Assembly: GCA_902624455.1 (NCBI GenBank)
Contig: CACNXQ010000002.1
Coordinates: 60,155 to 124,154, forward strand
From: an uncultured Pelagibacteraceae bacterium
GTDB taxonomy: Bacteria > Pseudomonadota > Alphaproteobacteria > Pelagibacterales > AG-422-B15
Direction of reading: 5' to 3'
Length of the DNA: 64,000 nt
This document shows positions 9,233 through 15,960 of the stretch, piece by piece. Positions within the stretch are counted from its first letter, which is position 1; the number at the start of each line of letters is the position of its first letter. Below the pieces are notes generated by a model. It was not told where the DNA came from. It searched no databases and saw nothing but the letters and a program-made list of their open reading frames with translations. The position numbers and the translations under genes were made by a program.

Positions 9233-10117
9233 ATGGTAAAAATTAGGATATTAATTCTGCTTTATTTACTAGGAACTTCTATTGCTTTTGCAGATAAAAA
9301 AGAAGGTAGAGAATTTGTTGACTTACCTGATGTCGATAATGGATACAATATTCATGTAATGTATGTTCTTCCAATAGATGGAATTGATAAAGAGTACGAT
9401 TTAAATAGTAAAATTGGCATGCTGGTCTATCAAATGGACAAGTGGTTCAACAACAAGACTAAAGGAAGGCTATTTGAAGAAGGTCAAAAACTTAAATTTG
9501 ACCGCAAAGAGGATAACAGACTTGATATAACCTTCTTACGTCTTGATATAGAGGATATTGATATTTCTAAAAGAGGCATCAATGCTGTCAATGTATTACA
9601 GCCCGCTATAGCTCGTTTTGGATTCAATGATCCAAAAAAAGTTTACTTCATTGTTTATGGTGGAACCAATAAAGATGTATGTGCTTCATCACAATTACCG
9701 GGTCATGTGCCTCTGGGAGTTACAGCTAATACTGCTGCCGTTTATATTCCAGGCAAAAGAAGCGGCTCGTGTATTGAAAATAACGGTGGCTTTAAGCCTG
9801 AATTCAATAATACTACGAGATCAAGTTTACATGAAGTTTTACATATTCTTGGTGCAGTACCAAAGTGTGCGCCTGATCATCTAATTTTTGAAGATGCAGG
9901 TACTATTAATGATGGTATAGGCGGGCATTTAGAGATACCGGGAGATATCATGTATAGTGTTCAGTCCAATGTAACTTACGACAAAGCTAAACATTTAGAT
10001 TTTAAAAGTTCAAACTATTATAACCATGATAATGAAGGTTGTTTAGATATTGCAAAAAGTATCTATGTAACACCAACCGTCGAAAACCCTCAGCTTACAA
10101 CCTACGGGGTTGAGTAA
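9233..10117 (+). CDS. Exported protein with HExxH motif (putative zinc metallopeptidase), unknown family
   Basis: Signal peptide MVKIRILILLYLLGTSIAFA; HEVLHILG zinc-binding-type motif; 5 Cys in the mature part. Confidence 0.5.
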   Translation: MVKIRILILLYLLGTSIAFADKKEGREFVDLPDVDNGYNIHVMYVLPIDGIDKEYDLNSKIGMLVYQMDKWFNNKTKGRLFEEGQKLKFDRKEDNRLDITFLRLDIEDIDISKRGINAVNVLQPAIARFGFNDPKKVYFIVYGGTNKDVCASSQLPGHVPLGVTANTAAVYIPGKRSGSCIENNGGFKPEFNNTTRSSLHEVLHILGAVPKCAPDHLIFEDAGTINDGIGGHLEIPGDIMYSVQSNVTYDKAKHLDFKSSNYYNHDNEGCLDIAKSIYVTPTVENPQLTTYGVE

Positions 10118-10120
10118 ACA

Positions 10121-10630
10121 CTAATCTGGTATTGATGAGTATTTGTATTGAACATATAATTGCTGATAGCACAGCTTACCATTTCGCATAGCGTAGTCTT
10201 GATGGTAATCCTCTGCTGGATAAAATTCAGTTGCTTCTCTTAACTCTGTAACAACGGGCCTACGATGTTCACCTGATAAATCTATTTCTTTAATTTTCAT
10301 TTCAGCAATATTCTTTTCTTCATCTGAATTATAAAAAATTATTGATTTGTATTGTTCGCCTATGTCTGGGCCCTGTCTATTTAAGGTTGTTGGATCGTGT
10401 ATGAAAAAAAATGTATCAATGAGATCGCTATAACTGATCTCACTTTCATCATAATCAATTTTAACAACTTCTATGTGACCAGTTTTACCTGTTAAAACTT
10501 GTTCATATCTCGGGTTTTGAAGAGATCCACCCGCATAACCTGAAACAACGTCTTTTACTCCGGGTAATTCTTCATACAAAACTTCCACTCCCCAAAAGCA
10601 ACCGGCGCCAACTATTAATGATGACAACAT
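10121..10630 (-). CDS. msrA: Peptide-methionine (S)-S-oxide reductase
   Basis: Active-site GAGCFWGVE near the N-terminus, conserved GYAGG and HDPT motifs. Confidence 0.9.
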   Translation of the reverse strand: MLSSLIVGAGCFWGVEVLYEELPGVKDVVSGYAGGSLQNPRYEQVLTGKTGHIEVVKIDYDESEISYSDLIDTFFFIHDPTTLNRQGPDIGEQYKSIIFYNSDEEKNIAEMKIKEIDLSGEHRRPVVTELREATEFYPAEDYHQDYAMRNGKLCYQQLYVQYKYSSIPD

Positions 10631-10668
10631 GTAAAATATATATAATTAAAAATATAGAATTAAAGTAA

Positions 10669-11772
10669 TTATTTTCGCTCAATCACAATCATTTCGTCAT
10701 TAAACCAAAGACCGTCATTGTCTTTAATGACCTTTTCAACACTTTGAATATAACTCTGATCTGACTCTTTTTCTTTAACCATTTGATCACTTATCTGTGC
10801 TACATAAGTACATGCATTCCATGCAGAAAAAACAAGTGATGTTGCGATACCGCTGTTTATTTCATTGGGTTGAGATCTTAAGTTATATTTAAATATTTCA
10901 ACTGGTTTAAAATGGAGATCTTTTAGAAGATTGGTATCAAGATTATTTTTAATATAATCAATCATTTCATCGCCTTTATTTGGAAAAGGTTGCTCAGATG
11001 GCCATAGATCTCTTATAGCATCATATCCTGGATCATTTCCGTGTGAATGAAATATGGCAAGTTTCCCTCCAGGCGCTATGAGATCAATCATTGGTTTTAC
11101 CACTCTATTTACTTTTTTATCAACGCCTGCTCTTGATCTATATGCTTGGGAAACAATCACAAGATCAAAGCTATTTATTGACTGTTCTGGAGAAGGAATG
11201 ATCTGTTCTAGAGCAAACTCTTGGTCCTTTCTATATATGACAACTGTAGATGGTTGTTCATAGGTAGTATTGCCATGTTCGTTTTCCTCAACTCTCCATG
11301 TATCTCTCAACGTAGGTCCAAGTTTTCTAAGTTGCTCGTAAAAACCAAAAGATGAATTACCTTCGAGTTCTAGAGAATTCCAATTCATTTTTTCCTGTTT
11401 TTTTGAATTATTCGATTTAAGAAAACCTGCCTCCGAATAATGTAGATTTGATATGACGAAAACCATATTAGGATGTTCAACAAATCGATCTCCAAGTTTT
11501 TCTATTGTAATTCTTGCGTCTTCCATGCTTACATCTTTACAAGATACATAGAATGGAATGGTTGGAAATTTTTGGTGACAAATACGAAGAACGTTCATTA
11601 AAACTGCGCCATCGCCTACTCCTGCATCAAATATCTTTAATGCTGGTTTTGATGGCTTTAAATCGTCAATTTCATGAAATAATTTTTCTGCAATGACAGC
11701 TTTCTCATTTGTAGTAGTTACAAAAAGCAAGTATCTTTGCCTACTATCAAAAAAATGAGCTTCTTCTGCCAT
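10669..11772 (-). CDS. Class I SAM-dependent methyltransferase, histamine N-methyltransferase (HNMT)-like architecture
   Basis: Motif I LKIFDAGVGDGAV. The N-terminal helix, the post-motif-I segment and the C-terminal end (LWFNDEMIVIERK) parallel my recollection of HNMT. The assignment is tentative. Confidence 0.45.
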   Translation of the reverse strand: MAEEAHFFDSRQRYLLFVTTTNEKAVIAEKLFHEIDDLKPSKPALKIFDAGVGDGAVLMNVLRICHQKFPTIPFYVSCKDVSMEDARITIEKLGDRFVEHPNMVFVISNLHYSEAGFLKSNNSKKQEKMNWNSLELEGNSSFGFYEQLRKLGPTLRDTWRVEENEHGNTTYEQPSTVVIYRKDQEFALEQIIPSPEQSINSFDLVIVSQAYRSRAGVDKKVNRVVKPMIDLIAPGGKLAIFHSHGNDPGYDAIRDLWPSEQPFPNKGDEMIDYIKNNLDTNLLKDLHFKPVEIFKYNLRSQPNEINSGIATSLVFSAWNACTYVAQISDQMVKEKESDQSYIQSVEKVIKDNDGLWFNDEMIVIERK

Positions 11773-11817
11773 AAATTAATCTTAACAAGTAAATAAAAAA
11801 ATGAAACACTTGCATTA

Positions 11818-11997
11818 ATGGATACAGACGAGCTAGAACCGTTAAAAAAATCAGAAAAAATTGATTTTGATACCTTAAGCGTTGAAGAGCTCAGAGAATA
11901 TATTGAAGAATTAAAGGCTGAGATAGCAAAAGCAGAAAGCTTTATTCAATCTAAACAAGGTGACAGATTAAAAGCTGAGGAATTATTTAAGAAATGA
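11818..11997 (+). CDS. DUF1192 family small protein (59 aa)
   Basis: Below the ORF-track cutoff. Manual translation gives MDTDELEPLKKSEKIDFDTLSVEELREYIEELKAEIAKAESFIQSKQGDRLKAEELFKK. The LSVEEL...LKAEIA...AEELFKK pattern matches the alphaproteobacterial DUF1192. Its stop overlaps the next ATG (ATGA). Confidence 0.7.
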   Translation: MDTDELEPLKKSEKIDFDTLSVEELREYIEELKAEIAKAESFIQSKQGDRLKAEELFKK

Positions 11998-12224
11998 TTA
12001 ATAGATACGGCATGGTGCCCTTAGCTTTCGCATTATTTATATTTGTTATTTTCTTCACAACCCTTGTACCATCAACTCATAAGACCTGCATTGATAGCAA
12101 TATGGCAATTCTAGATACCTTAGATCCTGAAAAATACTCTGATGAGGAAATAAATATCTTGGGCAAATCAATTGGCACAGGCTGTAAGCAAGATCACTCC
12201 TTTAAACTTACAGCCAATAAATAA
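11994..12224 (+). CDS. Small membrane-anchored protein (76 aa), unknown function
   Basis: N-terminal TM helix VPLAFALFIFVIFFTTLV; translationally coupled to DUF1192 by an ATGA overlap. Confidence 0.4.
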   Translation: MINRYGMVPLAFALFIFVIFFTTLVPSTHKTCIDSNMAILDTLDPEKYSDEEINILGKSIGTGCKQDHSFKLTANK

Positions 12225-12291
12225 TACTATGATGAAAAGTTAATTAGAGCTTCCTCTGCCATAATGGAAAGCCACATTAGCATTACGTAAA

Positions 12292-12642
12292 TTATTCGCC
12301 CCACTTTCCAGCAAACTCATAGACGACTGCTTCCTCATTCCCTTCAACCCATCCGTCATGACCAGGAGCAATGGAATACGCATCACCTGCTGAATAAGAC
12401 ATTTCTGTTCCATCATCATGTTTAACACAAACTTTACCTGAAACAATTACACCTAAATGACTCGCTTGACAGCTATCTGTTCCGACAGTTGGTTTAATAT
12501 CGCTAGACCATTTCCAGCCTGGTTGCAATGTAAGCTTCATAATTCTTTGATTGCCTACATTAACAGCTTCAATTTTTGCATTATTAAAATTATCGTTTAC
12601 TTCATCGGCGCTATTAAAGCTTTTAACTTCTACTGAACTCAT
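12292..12642 (-). CDS. Cupin domain protein
   Basis: 116 aa beta-rich protein with HLGVIVSGKV...DDGTE...GDAYSIAPGHDGW resembling the cupin_2 two-motif pattern. Confidence 0.6.
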   Translation of the reverse strand: MSSVEVKSFNSADEVNDNFNNAKIEAVNVGNQRIMKLTLQPGWKWSSDIKPTVGTDSCQASHLGVIVSGKVCVKHDDGTEMSYSAGDAYSIAPGHDGWVEGNEEAVVYEFAGKWGE

Positions 12643-12666
12643 TTTTTTTGTCCTTTTATTTAAAAA

Positions 12667-13050
12667 TTAATTATTAATCATTGCATTAAATGCCGTCAAA
12701 GTGTCATCGAATGTCATCATAACTTTCATTTTTCCATCTTCGACTTCAAAATAATGCCCAAAAAGCGTATCCATGCCTTGGGCTGTACCCTTTACAATCA
12801 CAAATACTTTATTTCCTTCACTGATCATAGAGATTGGTTTTACAGAAAACTCATTCCACGCTTCAGGTATTTTTGCAAAGTTGGACATGCATTCTGCTTT
12901 GCCTTTATAAACACCTGACATTGGGTGCTTTCCCTCAACTCCTGGAAATGTCCATGTAATGTCATCGTGCATTATTTCATTCATAAATGCTTCCATATCT
13001 CCAGATCCAAAAAGATCGTATCCTTTCTGAACTATTTCTTTGGCTTCCAT
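12667..13050 (-). CDS. SnoaL-like / NTF2-fold (ketosteroid isomerase-like) protein
   Basis: MEAKEIVQKGYDLFGSGDMEAFMNEI... is a typical SnoaL_2 N-terminus. Start set at 13050 with the strong SD AGGAGG embedded in the end of the upstream gene. Confidence 0.6.
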   Translation of the reverse strand: MEAKEIVQKGYDLFGSGDMEAFMNEIMHDDITWTFPGVEGKHPMSGVYKGKAECMSNFAKIPEAWNEFSVKPISMISEGNKVFVIVKGTAQGMDTLFGHYFEVEDGKMKVMMTFDDTLTAFNAMINN

Positions 13051-13051
13051 A

Positions 13052-13378
13052 TTAACCTCCTGGTTTAGAATAATTTCCAAGTGCAGTACCTGCCTTGGTT
13101 ACAATTTCGGTCATATCAACTGCTTCAAGTATTACTGCATCAGATACCATTCCAGTCGATTGAACTGCTATTTTTGCGCCTGCAACTGAAGTGAAATCAG
13201 TTCCGTCAACCGATATAATAAGATCGTAAGGACCTCTTACAATATCAAACGTAAGAACTTTACCTCCAACAGATTCTACAAGCTTATTAACTGCAGCTTT
13301 TCTATCATCAGAGGGTTTGCTCATAAATCCTTTAAGTGCCTCTGGTGTATATTTCGCCATCATATAAAATTTAGCCAT
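13052..13378 (-). CDS. GYD domain protein
   Basis: 108 aa; FYMMAKYTPEALKG start and RGPYDLI motif characteristic of the GYD family. Confidence 0.6.
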   Translation of the reverse strand: MAKFYMMAKYTPEALKGFMSKPSDDRKAAVNKLVESVGGKVLTFDIVRGPYDLIISVDGTDFTSVAGAKIAVQSTGMVSDAVILEAVDMTEIVTKAGTALGNYSKPGG

Positions 13379-13465
13379 ATTTACTCCTTTAAATAAAATT
13401 ATTATGGACTATCTTGGTTAAATTGTTATTACAAATTTTTATATCTTTTCAAAAACGGAGAAAAT

Positions 13466-14329
13466 ATGACTAATCTTAAGGGAAAAACATTATTTATTAC
13501 TGGTGCAACTCGAGGAATTGGATTTGCTATTGCTAAAAGAGCTGCTGAGGACGGAGCTAATATAGCAATCATAGCAAAGACCACTGAGCCACATCCAAAA
13601 TTACCAGGAACTATCTTTACCGCAGCAGAGGAATTAAATGCAGCTGGAGGTAATGCTATTGGAATTAAAACAGATATTCGTTTTGAAGATCAAGTCATAG
13701 CGGCCGTTGATCAGACCGTAGAGAAATTTGGCGGTATTGATATTTGCGTTAATAACGCAAGTGCAATCAGTCTTACGCCTACTCTTCAAACGGACATGAA
13801 AAGATATGATTTAATGCACGGCATCAATACTCGTGGAACATTTCTTGTCTCAAAATGCTGCATACCTCACCTCAAAAAGGGAACCAATCCTCATATTTTA
13901 AATCTTGGTCCACCACTTAATATGGAGAGCCAGTGGTTTAGTCCTCACGTTGCATACACTATGGCAAAATATGGTATGAGTATGTGTACTTTAGGAATGT
14001 CAGAAGAATTAAAATCATCAGGCATTGCCGTAAATTCATTATGGCCAAGAACTATGATCAATACTGCAGCAGTAAATAATATATTGGCACTATCGATGGA
14101 AGACAAAGGCGTAAGTAAATGTCGAACACCTGCTATTATGGGTGATGCAGCATATCTTATTCTTACACAGGACTCTAAAAAGTTTACAGGTAACATGTGT
14201 GTTGATGACAGTACCATTATCAAGTCTGGTAAAACTGATTTAACAGAGTATTTAGCAACTCCTGATGCTGAACCTTTTCCTGATTTCTTTGTAAATGAGA
14301 ACGATGGTACTGATATTGCTCTAGACTAA
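13466..14329 (+). CDS. Short-chain dehydrogenase/reductase (SDR) family oxidoreductase
   Basis: TGATRGIG cofactor motif, NNAS, and catalytic YTMAK (YxxxK). Confidence 0.85.
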   Translation: MTNLKGKTLFITGATRGIGFAIAKRAAEDGANIAIIAKTTEPHPKLPGTIFTAAEELNAAGGNAIGIKTDIRFEDQVIAAVDQTVEKFGGIDICVNNASAISLTPTLQTDMKRYDLMHGINTRGTFLVSKCCIPHLKKGTNPHILNLGPPLNMESQWFSPHVAYTMAKYGMSMCTLGMSEELKSSGIAVNSLWPRTMINTAAVNNILALSMEDKGVSKCRTPAIMGDAAYLILTQDSKKFTGNMCVDDSTIIKSGKTDLTEYLATPDAEPFPDFFVNENDGTDIALD

Positions 14330-14341
14330 ACGATCAAAGTA

Positions 14342-14455
14342 ATGGAACGGTTTAACTTTCGACAATTCTTACAGATACTTTATAGGATTTTAACCTTTCC
14401 GATTTTAGGATTAATCATTCTTGGATTAGTTTTATTGTTGATGAATGTATTCTAA
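14342..14455 (+). CDS. Candidate 37-aa single-TM peptide
   Basis: Manual translation gives MERFNFRQFLQILYRILTFPILGLIILGLVLLLMNVF. It lies 12 nt after the SDR stop with no clear SD. Its stop abuts the stop of the convergent Zn-ribbon gene. Confidence 0.2.
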   Translation: MERFNFRQFLQILYRILTFPILGLIILGLVLLLMNVF

Positions 14456-14629
14456 TTATTCGTCGAAACGTTTAGTCTTACACGAGTGCATTGTCTCGTC
14501 ATAACTTGGTGCATTTTCACCCGAACAGCATGGATCAATATTAATTTTACAATTTGGACATTGATAATGACCATGAACCTCTATTGGGCTGATTTCATTA
14601 TTACACCAATTACACAGTTGAAGAATCAT
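14456..14629 (-). CDS. Cys-rich zinc-ribbon small protein (57 aa)
   Basis: Below the ORF-track cutoff. Manual translation gives MILQLCNWCNNEISPIEVHGHYQCPNCKINIDPCCSGENAPSYDETMHSCKTKRFDE. It has a paired CxxC...CxxC and an SD AGAGGA just upstream of the ATG. Confidence 0.45.
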   Translation of the reverse strand: MILQLCNWCNNEISPIEVHGHYQCPNCKINIDPCCSGENAPSYDETMHSCKTKRFDE

Positions 14630-14651
14630 TCCTCTTTATACCATTTAGATA

Positions 14652-14846
14652 TTAATTTTGATCTGATTCGATTGCATTGTCTTCATTCATTAAAATGGGC
14701 CTTCCATCATGAGCTGTATTTAATGGTATAATTTTGCCCTTATAACGAACGCATAACGTTGGCGATGATCTTTTCTGTGAGCCAAGGTTTACCTCAAGAT
14801 TTACTAACAAAAGCTCCACATTTTCTATAATTTCGAGAATTTTCAT
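14652..14846 (-). CDS. Hypothetical small protein (64 aa)
   Basis: ORF track entry. It lies 22 nt upstream of the Zn-ribbon gene on the same strand. No family recognised. Confidence 0.4.
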   Translation of the reverse strand: MKILEIIENVELLLVNLEVNLGSQKRSSPTLCVRYKGKIIPLNTAHDGRPILMNEDNAIESDQN

Positions 14847-14920
14847 ATTTTCACTGTTTTCCTAATTTTTTTATTTAATACATTGATTTTTTATAACTTT
14901 TATATAAAAGGTGCAACAAT

Positions 14921-15173
14921 CCACGTTATCATCAAAAGCTTAAATACCCACAAGGTGTTTAAGCTTTTTTCATTTTACATTAACAAAAATCTACAGAGCT
15001 GCTATCATCTATTCTGATGATTAACGTGGAGGTTAAAAAGATGGTGCCACCAACAATTTAGAGGGTGGTGGCCAAAACCGTCTCAACAAAATATTTTAGT
15101 CTGTACAAACAGACGACTGCAAAAAAGCAGTTTACATAATAAAAATCCCATTCAAACGAATGGGATTTTTTTT
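14921..15173 (+). ncRNA. Candidate structured small RNA / RNA switch (unknown family); strand and 5' end uncertain
   Basis: Long-range helix 14921-14934/15015-15029. Hairpins at 14935-14967 (10 bp, followed by a T-run), 15046-15072, 15099-15114 and 15116-15131. Terminator at 15141-15173. No ORF longer than a few codons. Confidence 0.3.
15141..15173. terminator. Rho-independent terminator, bidirectional
   Basis: Perfect 13-bp stem AAAAATCCCATTC / GAATGGGATTTTT with an AAAC loop. It is followed by a T-run on the + strand and by TTTTAT on the - strand, immediately after the stop of 15172..15582. Confidence 0.75.
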
Positions 15174-15582
15174 ATAGATAACTGATGATCAGAAAAATTG
15201 AAATTAAAAGTTGAATAATAAATATTAACACTGAGAAAAAATGAAGTGCTTTAAACATTTTAACAGCATTTTCATTACCACTTAATTGCAAATCACGATA
15301 CGTGTTAATTCTTGGTGTTATGATATAGGCATTGATAAGAAATAAAAAAGCTGTGATCAATGATAATGACCAGTACATTGATAGTTCAGCAAATAAAGCG
15401 CTCAAAGACGCTAATAAAGATAAAATAAATCCATAAATAAACATCCTTGGAAAAATAATTCTAAGGAACTTGCCAGCTTGTTGTTCATCAAGACTCTTAA
15501 AAACTGTTGGTGTCACAATTGACATAAAAAAGATCATAAAACCAATTATGAGGCTGTGTATAAAAATTGTTAAAAATAACAT
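15172..15582 (-). CDS. Integral membrane protein, DUF4149 (TMEM205-like)
   Basis: 136 aa with four hydrophobic helices and an FPRMF motif; the family assignment is from memory. Confidence 0.45.
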   Translation of the reverse strand: MLFLTIFIHSLIIGFMIFFMSIVTPTVFKSLDEQQAGKFLRIIFPRMFIYGFILSLLASLSALFAELSMYWSLSLITAFLFLINAYIITPRINTYRDLQLSGNENAVKMFKALHFFSVLIFIIQLLISIFLIISYL

Positions 15583-15657
15583 AAGTTATGTATCTATCCT
15601 TAAAAGAACACATTTTCAACTGTTGAAATCTGTTTCTATCGATTTAAATTTGTAAGT

Positions 15658-15960
15658 ATGTTTATAGCAATGAATAGGTTCAAAATTATATTGGGCTGTG
15701 AAAGTGATTTTGAAGATGTGTGGAGAAACAGAGAGTCTCATCTTGATGAAGTTGAAGGTTTCTTAGGTTTTAATCTTGTTAAAGGTGCAACCACAGAAGA
15801 ATTTACTCTATATGCATCCCATAGTACTTGGAAAAGTCAAAAGCACTTCGAAGCTTGGACTAAATCAGAGTCATTTAGAAAAGCTCATAAAAATGCTGGC
15901 TCAAATAAAAAACTATACATTGGTCATCCTCAATTTGAAGGATTCAATGTTGTTCTCTAA
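15658..15960 (+). CDS. Antibiotic biosynthesis monooxygenase (ABM) domain protein
   Basis: 100 aa; MFIAMNRFKI start and WKSQKHFEAW motif typical of ABM/IsdG-like ferredoxin-fold proteins. Confidence 0.65.
   Translation: MFIAMNRFKIILGCESDFEDVWRNRESHLDEVEGFLGFNLVKGATTEEFTLYASHSTWKSQKHFEAWTKSESFRKAHKNAGSNKKLYIGHPQFEGFNVVL

Noticed and set aside
14629-14652. Zn-ribbon micro-protein as an NDUFS6-type (zf-CHCC) complex I accessory subunit, considered because an NDUFA12-like gene is present in the window
   Set aside because: The spacing of His and CxxC (VHGHYQCPNC) does not fit the CHCC pattern as I recall it (GHP, then about 15-20 residues, then CPYC). There is no conserved VACDGG-type segment.
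14486-14731. 81-aa GTG-initiated plus-strand ORF in the micro-gene region
   Set aside because: It is antisense to the two minus-strand micro-genes, which have SD sequences and a coherent CxxC pattern. Its translation is hydrophobic low-complexity. It is not excluded with certainty; the conservation test is stated in the findings.
14880-15175. Possible two-piece alphaproteobacterial tmRNA, SRP RNA, RNase P RNA or 6S RNA. A GCCACCA string looked like a tRNA-like 3' end.
   Set aside because: There is no T-arm (GGTTCGA-type) sequence and no tag reading frame ending in Ala-Ala-stop. The GCCACCA pairs internally, including its ACCA. There is no SRP GGAA/AGCA core and no RNase P GAGGAAAGTCC motif. 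It is kept only as an unknown structured RNA candidate.
15776-15946. N-terminal 57-codon extension of the FG-GAP ORF in the track
   Set aside because: It overlaps the well-supported ABM gene (15658..15960) in another frame. The in-frame ATG at 15947 gives a proper signal peptide.
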